A stretch of 64,000 bases of DNA from Candidatus Multivoradales bacterium (lineage in GTDB: Bacteria > Acidobacteriota > Thermoanaerobaculia > Multivoradales > J023), in assembly GCA_965248925.1 (NCBI GenBank), contig CBDFLE010000005.1, positions 672,001 through 736,000 of the forward strand, in the 5' to 3' direction. A model generated the notes under the pieces. The model ran no database searches. It was not told the DNA's origin and saw only the letters and a program-made list of their open reading frames with translations. This document shows, piece by piece, positions 1-10,086 of this stretch; within the stretch, counting starts at the first letter, position 1; each line of letters begins with the position of its first letter. The position numbers and the translations under genes were made by a program.

Positions 1-1083
1 GGTGCCCTCGCGGTTCACCGAGGGTCGATGGACTTGTAGATCCAGTTGGGGGAATGGAATCTTGATGCCCGCGGCGCGGAAGCGACGGTGCACTTCGCTG
101 TTGAGACTGTCCAGGGTGCGCCCGCGCAACACCGGTTCCGCAATCCAAGTCAAGAGCTCAAAAGCCAGGCAGGAATCGTCGAAACGGCGGAAGCGAACTC
201 GCGGTTCGGGATCCTCGCAAACTAGCGGCTCGTCCCGAGCGATGGCCATCAGCGCCTCGCGCACCTGGTCGATGTCGGAGTCGTAAGCCACCCCGACTCT
301 GACCCGCACCCGGTGTTTCGACCATCTCCCGCCGCGTTCGTTGACAATCTTGGTGTTAGCGAGAATGGAGTTGGGAATCACCACCTCGATATCGTCCCGA
401 GTCAGGACTCGACTCGAACGGATACCGATTTCCGTGACCTCACCGCGCAAACCGTCCTCCAGGACGATGAAATCGCCGACCGCAAATGGGCGATCCGTGA
501 GGATCGAAATACCTGCGAAGAGGTTGGCCAGGGTGTCTTTGGCGGCCAGCCCCAAGGCCAATCCGAGAACTCCCGCAGAAGCTAACCAGCCGCTGATATC
601 GGCCTTCCACGCCAGGAGCAGAAAGTAGACCGCGGCGCCGAACAACAGCACCCGCGCCAGATTGTCGAACACCGGCAGAGTTTGCGCCTGGATCAGCGGG
701 AAACGGTGGCGATGACGGCTCAGCAGCTCGAGCACCAAATGGGTCAGGCGAAAACCGAAGGCCATCCAGAGCACGATGGCCAGGCTCTTCATCAACGCCA
801 GGGTGTAGCGGTCCAAGCGCGGATGGTCGGTGATCCCAAGGCGCAGGCTGGCCAGGTGCACACCGATCAGCAGCAGGCTCCAGAACAGCGGCCAACGCAG
901 GGCCTGTAACAACTGATCATCGACCTCGGTGTCCGTGCGCCGGGTCAGCAGCGGCAGCAAGCGCTGCACCAGTAGCCGGCTGATCGCCGCCCCGGCGAGG
1001 GCCGCAACGATGATGAGCAGGGCCTGTAAATAGCGATTGGGCGCCAGCTGAGTGATGGTCTCTAGAAGAGCTTCGTAATTCAC
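1..1083 (-). CDS. mscS: MscS-family small-conductance mechanosensitive channel (3' end runs off window)
   Basis: Not in ORF track; manual minus-strand translation from GTG at 1083 gives TM helices then 'GLALGLAAKDTLANLFAGISILTDRPFAVGDFI...GEVTEIGIRSS...IPNS...VGVAYDSDI...IPFPQ', the MscS signature. Confidence 0.9.
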   Translation of the reverse strand, partial: MNYEALLETITQLAPNRYLQALLIIVAALAGAAISRLLVQRLLPLLTRRTDTEVDDQLLQALRWPLFWSLLLIGVHLASLRLGITDHPRLDRYTLALMKSLAIVLWMAFGFRLTHLVLELLSRHRHRFPLIQAQTLPVFDNLARVLLFGAAVYFLLLAWKADISGWLASAGVLGLALGLAAKDTLANLFAGISILTDRPFAVGDFIVLEDGLRGEVTEIGIRSSRVLTRDDIEVVIPNSILANTKIVNERGGRWSKHRVRVRVGVAYDSDIDQVREALMAIARDEPLVCEDPEPRVRFRRFDDSCLAFELLTWIAEPVLRGRTLDSLNSEVHRRFRAAGIKIPFPQLDLQVHRPSVNREGT

Positions 1084-1268
1084 TGAATCTCCATCCGGTT
1101 TCTACTGATCATTCTAGACCTAGCTGGCAGTGGCGGCATGCCGACGGTGGACTTTCTATCGCCCGTCGTATGGGGACTTGGCGATCTGGCTATCGAGTTT
1201 ACGCGCCGATCGCGCTTTTCAACATGAAGCCAGAGTCAAGCCAAGCCTCGCAACCAGGAGTTCCAAAC

Positions 1269-4200
1269 ATGCGCAAGAAAGTCGAACCCATGTGGCGCCA
1301 AGAGCTGCGCAAGACCGCCATCGGTGGATTGATCTTCAGCCTATTGATAATGCCTTTCCCGACTGCTGTCTTTGCCCAGGGCGCGGTGGCGGTGGATCGC
1401 TTGGCTGGTGGATCCACCCAGTCGCCGCCCGCGGCTGAGAGCGGCAGTGTGAAGTTCATCGACCCGCCGCTGTTCCTGGATCCAGCATTGGATGCTGATG
1501 CCGACACGCCGGGAGTTCAGCTCGAACTCGAGCTCGACATTGCTTTCAGCGGCACCGCAACCGCTGACCTAGAACTCTACGTCAACAACATTCCGGCGGC
1601 CCTCGATCCACTGTTCTATAACGTCGGAGTCTATGGTGAGCCGGAGATTCACTCCCTGGTGAGTTCAGGATCCTTAACCGTCATGGTGACCCTAAATGAC
1701 GGGCTCAACACTTTCGGCGCGGCCTTGCGCGGCGCCAGCGGCAGCGGCTTGGCGGCGGACGCCACCGGTACCTACGTCGACCCGGACTTGGATGACACCA
1801 CATTCTGGGCCGGGGAAATCGCCGCTGTGTTGTACAGCATTGAGCAGCGAATTTTCGGCTCTACCGCCTCGGCCGGGGACCGGCAAGCCCTGACTGACAT
1901 CACCTCGTCACTGATCGACACCGTGCTATTGGCCCGCGACGATCCCCACGCCTGGATGCAGTTGCTACAGGCCAACACCGACGCCGCTTTGGCACTCTTA
2001 CAGCGGGTCTCCTATTTCGAAGTCACCGGCACCCTCGATGGCAGCGTACTGCCGAGGGCGGCTATCGATGCTACCGAGCAGGTGGTCACCATCGAAGTGC
2101 CCCTGAGCGGAGGCATGAGTGGCATACCCCAGAGCTTCGAACTGACCCTGCCCGACCGCACCCTCTCCGCCGCGGTGGTGACTTCGGAGGCCGGCAGCTA
2201 CAGCGTGCAATTCTCGTTTGATTTCAACGGCGTCAGCGCGACTATCGAGGTGCTCGGCGCGGTTCAGGGTGGGCAGTTGAACCTCGAGGTCACCACCCAT
2301 GACGTGCCGGTCGCCTTCACCCTCAGCTCGAGCGATCTCGACTTGCCGATCGAGTTGGCGACGACCCTCAGTGCTCGCGCGCGATTCAACCAGGGTGACG
2401 ATCTCCAGAGCATCGCCAGTGACTTGCATGCGGAGATCTATGAGATCAATGACTGCATCCTGATCATTATCATCATGTGCCTGGCGGGCGAGGACGGCGT
2501 AGACGGAAGCGATGGCAGCGATGGTGCCGATGGCTCCCCCGGCGCCAAGGGCGCCAAGGGTGAGAAGGGCGAGGCTGGCGATGTCGGCCCCGGTGGCGAC
2601 GGCGGTGCAGGCGGCGCCGGTGGAGCTCTAGGCGGCCCCGGCATCGGCGGACCCGGGGGAATGAAGGGCCTCAAAGGGGTGCGCGGAGGGGCTGGCTCGC
2701 CAGGTGACGGCGGTAACGGCGGCCCAGGAGGCTTCGCCGGCACCGGCGGTCTGGGTGGCACCGTGGGAATCAGCGCTGCCGACCTCAACCCATGGACCGC
2801 GCACTTGCTGTATTCCACCAGCGAAAAGGTGTTGGGGGATGCCTGGGGTGAGTTCAACACCAGCATCGCCGGCTACGAGTTGGCAGTGGGCACCGATGCC
2901 GGTCGGGTCTATGTGTTGACGCCGATCGCCAGCACCGCCCGCCTCGCTCTGCTCGGTGCCGATGGCGGCAGCGGCCTGATCGGCAAGACCGGTCAGGTCG
3001 GGCGCCGCGGCAACGCCGGGGGCACCGGTCTTACCGCCGGCAACGGCATCGCCGGTGGCAACGGCTATCCCGGCATCTGGGGCGGTTTCGCTGGCAATGG
3101 CGGCACGGGCGGGGTCGGTGGGGTGGGCCCCGACAACGGCAATGACGGCAAAGACGGCAATGACGGCCCCGACGGTGCCGATGGCAAAGATGCAACCAGC
3201 TCCGGTCAAGAAGGCGCCGATGGCGGCGACGGTGGCGATGGCGCCCCCTGTGGTGACGGTGGTAACGGCGGTGACGGGGGCAAAGGCGGCAAGGGTGGCG
3301 AGGGCGGCGCCGGTGGCAAAGGTGGCGATGGCGGTAAGGGTGGCACCGGCGGTAAGGGCGGCGCCGGCGGTGTGGGCGGTGTTGGCGGTAAGGGTGGCGA
3401 GGGCGGCAATGCCGGTCCTGGCGGCAACGGCGGCAAGGGCGGCGACGGCGGTAAGGGTGGCAAGGGCGGCACCGGCGGCCTTGGCGGAAGGGGAGGCCAA
3501 GGTGGTGTGGGTGGTCAAGGCGGCAAAGGCGCTCGCGGAGGCCTACTGCACGTCAGTGGCGGCCAAGCGGTACTGATGACTGACGGCATCAATGCCAGCT
3601 ACAGCGCTAGTCAGCTCAACTTCGATGGCACGGCGATCAATGACCTTGAAGCCGATCTTGTGTTCCCCGGCGATAGCCAGCATCGCATCGTGGTGGTCAC
3701 CGAGGGGGGCCGGGTCTACCTGGTCAACGGTTCCAGCGTGCAGTTGATCTTCACTCACAACGCGCCAATCAACGCGGTCGCGGTGTCCGACGTGGTCACC
3801 GTCAACAACGCGATGGAGATTGCGGTTGCGGCCGACAACGGCGTTCTCCTGCTCAGCTGGGACGGCAATCAGTGGAACGGCCTGCCGCTGCACGCCTCGG
3901 TGGGGGCGACGGTCAACGATGTGGATCTGGGGCAGCTGTGGGTCAACAACACACTGATTCCGGTGGTTGCCGCGGTCGATTCGGCAGGCAAGACCTGGTT
4001 GTCGCCGTTCTTGATTAGTTGGAGCTCGGCGTTCCAAATTTTCGCCAATACAGACGGTACACCGCTCAACGCGATCGCCATGCGGTTCTCGGACGACCCC
4101 ACTGCCGGGGCGCAAGGGCAAGGTGGGTTCAGCGGTTCAATGGGCTTGCAGGGAGCTCCCGGACAGTCGGGAACTCCAGGTATCGACGGCCAAGATGGCC

Positions 4201-5405
4201 AGCCCGGTATGCAAGGACAGATCGGTGCTTTCGGCGCCCCTGGCGCCAAGGGCGGGAAGGGTGCGATGGGTGCTGATGGGGGTGCTGGCAATGCTGGCGC
4301 CGATGGCGCGGAGGGGGTCGAAGGGAGTGGTCCCACCGGTTCGCCCCGGTCTCCGGGGACGGACGGCATGGACGGCATGGACGGTGTCGCCTGTGGTGAA
4401 GCTGGCGAAGATGGTGAAGCTGGCGAAGGCGGGGAAGATGGCGAAGACGGGGAACTTGGCATGCCGGGTGCCGATCAGCCCCAGGCCGCCATGGGCGCCG
4501 CGGTGGCTGCCGGCATGGTTGGCACCGTGGGTACAGCCGGAGGGGATGGCCAGGATCGCGAGAACATTCTGGTTCAGAACGGCACTGATGGACCCAACGG
4601 TGGCAACGCTGGACAAGGCTCGACAGGTCCGGGAATTGGCGGCCGGCCGCAGGCCGATCCTGGCGATCCCGGCCTTGACGGTGCCACCAGCGATCTCACC
4701 AAGCCCCTCTCTCCGACCTTGTTCTTTATCTACCTGGCGGGTGAGAACGGCGATCTGACCGAGCTGACTCTGAGCGGTGTGAGCTTCACCTCACGCCTCT
4801 ATTTCTCATCGAGCGAAGGTTTCACTGACGTCAAGCTGGGCTCTCTGGTCAGCAACTCCGCCGGCCCGGAAGTAGCTGTCGGCGGGCGCGCCAACCGGGT
4901 TTGGGTGCTTAGCGGTCCCTCGCTCGCGGGCACCGGTGTGGTGCTGCGAAGCACCACGACCAGCGACGATGTGGAGGAGCTGGTGATCATCCCCGCAGGG
5001 GATGGCGGTGTCGGGGGACCCGGTGGCCAGGGTGGCGGCGGTGGCATCGGAGGTCAGGGTGGCGTGGGTGGTCTCGGCGGCAATGGTGCACGGGGTGGCA
5101 ACGGCGGCGTGGGTGGCTTCGGTGGCCCAGGCGGCGGGGGTGGCAAGGGCGGCAAGGGTGGCAAAGGTGGCAAGGGCGCCAACGGTGGCGATGGCGGTGA
5201 CGGTGGCGATGGCAAAGATGGTGGTGACTCCACAGTGGGTGCGATCGCCGGTGTCGCCGGCGTCCTCGGTGTGGGTGGTCCCCCGAAGACCTGGATCATC
5301 ATCGTCTACATCAAGACCCCTGAGGTGGTGGTGCAAGAAGTCACCGGCCGACTGATAGGCGGCGGTACCCAGGTCGACGCGGTAGGGGTCGAGAAGGGCT
5401 TCTAG
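1269..5405 (+). CDS. Large secreted Gly-rich (collagen/PGRS-like) protein with interleaved beta-propeller-like blades
   Basis: 1411-aa ORF; likely start ATG 1269 after AGGAG; signal-peptide-like 'GGLIFSLLIMPFPTAVFA'; several long G-x-x / GGxGGx blocks separated by repeated beta-strand motifs. Confidence 0.8.
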   Translation: MRKKVEPMWRQELRKTAIGGLIFSLLIMPFPTAVFAQGAVAVDRLAGGSTQSPPAAESGSVKFIDPPLFLDPALDADADTPGVQLELELDIAFSGTATADLELYVNNIPAALDPLFYNVGVYGEPEIHSLVSSGSLTVMVTLNDGLNTFGAALRGASGSGLAADATGTYVDPDLDDTTFWAGEIAAVLYSIEQRIFGSTASAGDRQALTDITSSLIDTVLLARDDPHAWMQLLQANTDAALALLQRVSYFEVTGTLDGSVLPRAAIDATEQVVTIEVPLSGGMSGIPQSFELTLPDRTLSAAVVTSEAGSYSVQFSFDFNGVSATIEVLGAVQGGQLNLEVTTHDVPVAFTLSSSDLDLPIELATTLSARARFNQGDDLQSIASDLHAEIYEINDCILIIIIMCLAGEDGVDGSDGSDGADGSPGAKGAKGEKGEAGDVGPGGDGGAGGAGGALGGPGIGGPGGMKGLKGVRGGAGSPGDGGNGGPGGFAGTGGLGGTVGISAADLNPWTAHLLYSTSEKVLGDAWGEFNTSIAGYELAVGTDAGRVYVLTPIASTARLALLGADGGSGLIGKTGQVGRRGNAGGTGLTAGNGIAGGNGYPGIWGGFAGNGGTGGVGGVGPDNGNDGKDGNDGPDGADGKDATSSGQEGADGGDGGDGAPCGDGGNGGDGGKGGKGGEGGAGGKGGDGGKGGTGGKGGAGGVGGVGGKGGEGGNAGPGGNGGKGGDGGKGGKGGTGGLGGRGGQGGVGGQGGKGARGGLLHVSGGQAVLMTDGINASYSASQLNFDGTAINDLEADLVFPGDSQHRIVVVTEGGRVYLVNGSSVQLIFTHNAPINAVAVSDVVTVNNAMEIAVAADNGVLLLSWDGNQWNGLPLHASVGATVNDVDLGQLWVNNTLIPVVAAVDSAGKTWLSPFLISWSSAFQIFANTDGTPLNAIAMRFSDDPTAGAQGQGGFSGSMGLQGAPGQSGTPGIDGQDGQPGMQGQIGAFGAPGAKGGKGAMGADGGAGNAGADGAEGVEGSGPTGSPRSPGTDGMDGMDGVACGEAGEDGEAGEGGEDGEDGELGMPGADQPQAAMGAAVAAGMVGTVGTAGGDGQDRENILVQNGTDGPNGGNAGQGSTGPGIGGRPQADPGDPGLDGATSDLTKPLSPTLFFIYLAGENGDLTELTLSGVSFTSRLYFSSSEGFTDVKLGSLVSNSAGPEVAVGGRANRVWVLSGPSLAGTGVVLRSTTTSDDVEELVIIPAGDGGVGGPGGQGGGGGIGGQGGVGGLGGNGARGGNGGVGGFGGPGGGGGKGGKGGKGGKGANGGDGGDGGDGKDGGDSTVGAIAGVAGVLGVGGPPKTWIIIVYIKTPEVVVQEVTGRLIGGGTQVDAVGVEKGF

Positions 5406-5452
5406 AGCGGGTGCGACCACCGTTTGCTAGCGGCCGAGTCTGAGGTTGCTCG

Positions 5453-5476
5453 GGCCCCGGGGCTTGCCTCGGGGCC
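5453..5476 (+). terminator. GC-rich hairpin, probable terminator
   Basis: GGCCCCGGGG-CTTG-CCTCGGGGCC followed by TTGCTTGT, 48 bp after the stop of the Gly-rich gene. Confidence 0.5.
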
Positions 5477-5619
5477 TTGCTTGTCTGGGCTGGCCCATGG
5501 AACGCTCGCGAATTAGTGTGATCTGCTATTCTCCCGCCGCCCCAAACGCTACCGGGTCGGCTGAAATCGCTGATTCGCGGTGGCTTTCCACGATCTTGGT
5601 CTTCCCGGACTTAATCTCC

Positions 5620-7194
5620 ATGAGCCAGCTTGCCGCCGAAGTCTCTCGCCGCCGCACCTTCGCGATCATTTCGCACCCGGATGCCGGCAAGACCACCCTG
5701 ACTGAGAAATTGCTGCTCTATGGCGGCGCGATTCAACTCGCTGGCGAGGTCAAGGCTCGTGGCGAGCGACGGCGGACGCGCTCGGACTGGATGAAGGTCG
5801 AGCGGGAGCGGGGAATTTCGGTCACCGTTTCGGTGATGACCTTCGACCACGGTAAATGCACCTTCAATCTGCTGGATACGCCGGGTCACGAGGACTTCAG
5901 CGAAGACACCTACCGTACTCTAACCGCGGTCGATTCGGCGGTCATGGTGCTCGATGCGGCGAAGGGCATCGAGGCCCAGACCCTGAAACTGTTCGAGGTC
6001 TGTCGGCTGCGCGACGTACCGATCATCACCTTCGTCAACAAGCTTGACCGCGACGGCCTGGAACCCCTCGAACTGATGGACGAGATCGAGGACAAGCTAC
6101 AGTTGGAAGTGACCCCGGCCAACTGGCCGATCGGCATGGGACAGTTGTTTCGTGGCAACTACGAATTGGCCAGCAATCGCTTGCTGCTCACTAGCGGCGA
6201 ACCGCGAGGAGAAGTTCTCGGCGGACTCGACGACCCCCGTCTCGAACAACACCTCGGTGGATCGGTCGCCGAAGAGCTGCGCGAAAATGCCGAGATGGCC
6301 CGCGAGCTGTGCCCGGCGTTCGATCGCGAGACCTATCGGGCGGGCAACCAGACGCCGGTGTTCTTCGGCAGCGCGCTGCGTAACTTCGGGGTCTTGCAAT
6401 TGCTCGATGCGATCGAGAGCCTGGCACCTCCTCCCTGTCCCCAAGCGACGGCGGAGCGGTTGGTGGAGCCGCTGGAGGAGTCGGTCAGTGGTTTTGTGTT
6501 CAAGATCCAAGCCAATATGGATCCACGACACCGCGACCGCATGGCGTTTGTCCGCCTCTGTTCCGGGCGCTTTCGCCGCGGCATGAAGCTGCATCATGTG
6601 CGCATTGGCAAGCAGCTCAACTTGCGCAATCCGGTGCTGTTCTTGGCCCGCGAAAGAGAGCTGGCTGAAGAAGCCTATGCTGGCGATATTTTTGGCATTC
6701 CCAACCATGGCAACCTGCGCATTGGCGACGCTTTGACCGAGGGAGAGCAGCTCCACTTCACGGGTATTCCGAGCTTTGCCCCCGAGCTGCTGCAGCGGGC
6801 ACGGCCCGAAGATCCGATGCGAGCTAAGCACCTCGGCAAGGCTCTATTTCAGCTCGCGGAAGAGGGCGCGGCCCAGGTATTCAAGCGCAAGATCGGCTCC
6901 GAGTGGATCGTCGGCGTCGCCGGAGCGCTGCAATTTGAGGTCCTGGCCGCCCGCTTGAGCACCGAGTACAAACTCGATGTGCGTTTCGAAGCCACCCAGC
7001 TCTTCACCGCTCGCTGGCTTGAAGCTGACGACCCGCGCTATCTGAAGAAGGTGGTCGACGCCAATGAAATAGCCATTGCCGAGGACCACAATGGCTCTCC
7101 GGTGTTGCTGGCCCGCAATGCCTGGCATCTCAACCGGACTGCCGAAGACTGGCCCGAAGTCCGGCTGCTGAAAACCAAGGAGCAGTTGCGGTAG
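5620..7194 (+). CDS. prfC: Peptide chain release factor 3
   Basis: 'RRRTFAIISHPDAGKTTLTEKLLLYGGAI', 'DTPGHEDFSEDTYRTL', 'NKLD'; start placed at MSQLAAEV. Confidence 0.97.
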   Translation: MSQLAAEVSRRRTFAIISHPDAGKTTLTEKLLLYGGAIQLAGEVKARGERRRTRSDWMKVERERGISVTVSVMTFDHGKCTFNLLDTPGHEDFSEDTYRTLTAVDSAVMVLDAAKGIEAQTLKLFEVCRLRDVPIITFVNKLDRDGLEPLELMDEIEDKLQLEVTPANWPIGMGQLFRGNYELASNRLLLTSGEPRGEVLGGLDDPRLEQHLGGSVAEELRENAEMARELCPAFDRETYRAGNQTPVFFGSALRNFGVLQLLDAIESLAPPPCPQATAERLVEPLEESVSGFVFKIQANMDPRHRDRMAFVRLCSGRFRRGMKLHHVRIGKQLNLRNPVLFLARERELAEEAYAGDIFGIPNHGNLRIGDALTEGEQLHFTGIPSFAPELLQRARPEDPMRAKHLGKALFQLAEEGAAQVFKRKIGSEWIVGVAGALQFEVLAARLSTEYKLDVRFEATQLFTARWLEADDPRYLKKVVDANEIAIAEDHNGSPVLLARNAWHLNRTAEDWPEVRLLKTKEQLR

Positions 7195-7284
7195 GCCCGG
7201 TTCTGGCATAATCCTCTACCCAACAAGATCTGTCTGGAGGTGTTTGGAGATGCTTGATCCTGAGAACGGCTGCGCGAGGAGCGT

Positions 7285-8274
7285 ATGAACGGCACGGCGA
7301 TTGGCCCGCTGGGCTTCGGTGGCTATTTGCCCGAAAGGGTGATGAGCAATGCCGATTGGGCCGAATTTGTCGACACCAGCGACTCGTGGATTATCGCCCG
7401 TACCGGCATCGAGCGACGGCGGATTGCCGCGGCAGAGCAGAGTACCGTCGATCTGGCCCTGGAGGCATCGCGCTCGGCACTTGCAGACTGCGATCTACGA
7501 GCCTCGGACGTTGACGAGATCATTGTCGCTACCGACACGCCGGAAGTGATGGTGCCGGACACAGCTTCCTTCCTGCAACATCGTCTGGGAGCGCGGGAGA
7601 TTCCGGCCTTCGACCTCGCCGGCAGCGGCTGCGCCGGTTTCGTGCAGGCTCTCGACGTGGCCCGCGCGCGAGTCATGCTGGGGGCCGAGCGAGTGTTGGT
7701 GGTGGGGGTTGAGGTGATCAGCCGGTGGCTGACTTGGAAACGGCGCGAAACCGATGTGCTGTTTGGCGACGCAGCGGCGGCGGCGGTGGTCGGTCGCCGC
7801 GACTTGGTAGCTGAGATTCTATCGGCCTGCGCCGGCACCGATGGCAGTCAGACCGAGATGCTGGGCTATCCAGCGATCGGTACCCGCCATCAACTGACCG
7901 TCGAAGATGTGGCCAGCGATCGACACAAGACGATCATCATGGATGGGCGGGCAGTGTTTCGCCACGCCGTGAGGCGAATGACCCAGGCTTCGCTAGAGGT
8001 CCTTGAGAAAGCTGGTAAGCAGCTGCAAGAGGTGGATCTGGTGATCCCGCACCAAGCCAACTTGCGCATTTTACGGGCTACCGCCGAACGCCTTGGCCTG
8101 CCGCGCGAGAAGCTCTACATCAATGTGCAGGAATACGGCAACACTGGCTCGGCCTCGGTGCCATTGGCGCTGTGGGAAGCGCGGCGCAACGGTCGCATCC
8201 AAACCGGCGATCTGGTGTTGGCGACCGCTTTCGGTGCCGGTTTCCATTGGGCTGCCGTGCTGCTGCAATTTTGA
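7285..8274 (+). CDS. fabH: Beta-ketoacyl-ACP synthase III
   Basis: 'DTSDSWIIARTGIERRR', catalytic C (GCAGF), 'PHQAN', 'GNTGSAS', 'FGAGFHW'. Confidence 0.93.
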   Translation: MNGTAIGPLGFGGYLPERVMSNADWAEFVDTSDSWIIARTGIERRRIAAAEQSTVDLALEASRSALADCDLRASDVDEIIVATDTPEVMVPDTASFLQHRLGAREIPAFDLAGSGCAGFVQALDVARARVMLGAERVLVVGVEVISRWLTWKRRETDVLFGDAAAAAVVGRRDLVAEILSACAGTDGSQTEMLGYPAIGTRHQLTVEDVASDRHKTIIMDGRAVFRHAVRRMTQASLEVLEKAGKQLQEVDLVIPHQANLRILRATAERLGLPREKLYINVQEYGNTGSASVPLALWEARRNGRIQTGDLVLATAFGAGFHWAAVLLQF

Positions 8275-8298
8275 ACAGCCAGCAGCTGGCTGGTTGGT

Positions 8299-9876
8299 TC
8301 AGGCGCTGCGGCTGATTGCTGGCTTGCAGCTCTGCAATAGCTGCTCTACTTGTTTGGCGGTCAGTGGCTCGGAGAGCAAGAAGCCCTGCGCCATCTCGCA
8401 GCCGAGCTGCTCGACCATCGCCAACTCACCTTCGGTCTCGACCCCCTCGGCGATGACCTCCAAACCGAGATTGTGCCCCAGCTCGGTGATGGTGCGCAAA
8501 ATTACGGCGTTGGCCGGCTGGCGATCTGCTCGGCGAACAAAGGATCTGTCGATTTTCAGACAAGTCACCGGGAAGCGCTGCAAGTAGCTCAGCGATGAAT
8601 GGCCGGTACCGAAATCATCCAGATAAAGCTCTACGCCGTGGCAGCGCAACCGGCTGAGCACCTCGATCACCCGCCGCGGCTGCTCCATGATCGTGTTTTC
8701 GGTAATCTCCAGGCAGAGCTGACTCGGTTCCAGCGACGAACTCGCGAGTGCATCCGCCACCAAGTCGAGCAAGTCGCCGCGTAGGAATTGGCGACCTGCC
8801 AGGTTGACGCTGATGCTCAGCCGTCCGGCGGCGGGAAAAGCGTCGAGCCAGGCGCGCAACTGCTTACAGGCGGCGGGCAGCGACCAGGACTCGATACGTT
8901 GAATGAAGCCTGTGTGATCGGCGATGTCGAGAAATTCTCCCGGCAACAACAGCCCTTGTTCTGGATGCTGCCAGCGCAGCAGAGCTTCGAATCCTGTAAG
9001 CGGACCGCCCGGCAAGCGGTAGATCGGCTGGTAGTAGAGTTCGAGTTCCTGCTCTTCGATCGCTCGCCGAAGTTCGGTTTCGAGGCGCAGGATCTTCATC
9101 GACCGCGAATGCATGGCTGGCTCGAAAAGACGCTGGCTCCCCGGACCGCCAGCCGTCGATCGGTGCATCGCGGTGCTGGCGTCGCGCAACAAATGCTCGG
9201 GATTCTGGTAAGAGCCGTGACTGATCGAGATACCCATCCCAGCGCTGGTGTAGACCTCGATAGCGGTGAGCTCGAAGGGCTCCGAGATGCGGGCTTGAAT
9301 GCGTTTGGCGGCCACGCGAGCGGCAGCAGTCACCTTGAGACCTTCGATCAGCACCGCGAATTCGTCCGCCGCCAAATGGGCGACGGTATCGCGGCCACGC
9401 ACCGACGCCCGCAGCCGTGCCGCGGCTTCTACCAGTAGCTCGTCGCCGGTGCTATGACCCATACTGCTGTTGAGATTCTGAAAGCGATCCAGCTTCAGGC
9501 ACAGCACCGCGCAAGCGCGCTTACGACTGGCATGAGTGAGAGCTCGGTCGAGCCGGATTAAGAAGAAGGTGCGGTTGGGCAGGCCAGTCAGCGGGTCGTA
9601 GTAGGCTGCCCGCCGCTTGATCGCCAAGTAGCGAGCGCTACCGGCAAGGCTCAGCAACAGCAGGGTCGGCAAACCCCAAAGCCAGAGCCATGCCGCTGGC
9701 TGCTGCTCGGCGGTCAACTCAGGCGGTGCGACTCGGCCAGCCACACTACTGGCTTCTGGCGAGTTGGCGTGGCTCGACGCGGCAATCCACAGGCCGAGCC
9801 CAATCGCTGTGCCGACGAGCCGCCAATGCAGAGCCCCTCGGCTGGGTGTCCGCCCCTTTCGCGTTTTCTTTGCCAT
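8299..9876 (-). CDS. Membrane-anchored GGDEF(degenerate)-EAL c-di-GMP signalling protein
   Basis: 'YDPLTGLPNR', degenerate 'LAADEF', 'FEALLRW', 'LDDFGTGHSSL', 'IAEGVET'; two N-terminal hydrophobic segments. Confidence 0.92.
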   Translation of the reverse strand: MAKKTRKGRTPSRGALHWRLVGTAIGLGLWIAASSHANSPEASSVAGRVAPPELTAEQQPAAWLWLWGLPTLLLLSLAGSARYLAIKRRAAYYDPLTGLPNRTFFLIRLDRALTHASRKRACAVLCLKLDRFQNLNSSMGHSTGDELLVEAAARLRASVRGRDTVAHLAADEFAVLIEGLKVTAAARVAAKRIQARISEPFELTAIEVYTSAGMGISISHGSYQNPEHLLRDASTAMHRSTAGGPGSQRLFEPAMHSRSMKILRLETELRRAIEEQELELYYQPIYRLPGGPLTGFEALLRWQHPEQGLLLPGEFLDIADHTGFIQRIESWSLPAACKQLRAWLDAFPAAGRLSISVNLAGRQFLRGDLLDLVADALASSSLEPSQLCLEITENTIMEQPRRVIEVLSRLRCHGVELYLDDFGTGHSSLSYLQRFPVTCLKIDRSFVRRADRQPANAVILRTITELGHNLGLEVIAEGVETEGELAMVEQLGCEMAQGFLLSEPLTAKQVEQLLQSCKPAISRSA

Positions 9877-10086
9877 TAGAGCCCCAGCTCTCCCCTACTA
9901 CATCTTGCCGGTCTCGGTCCCCAGAGGTTTCATCCCCAGAGGCTGGAAACGGCACGCTTTGTGTTGCGAGTATTCCGCCGGACTAACAGACTATCAGTAG
10001 TTTTGCCCGCCAGGCGGTAGTTTGCCGAACTTGCTTAGGGATCTCGAATAAGTGCAGAATGGATCCGTATCCAAAGGAAGAACATC

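Noticed and set aside
2438-5302. Pro-rich minus-strand ORFs
   Set aside because: Mirror translations of the Gly codons in the plus-strand gene.
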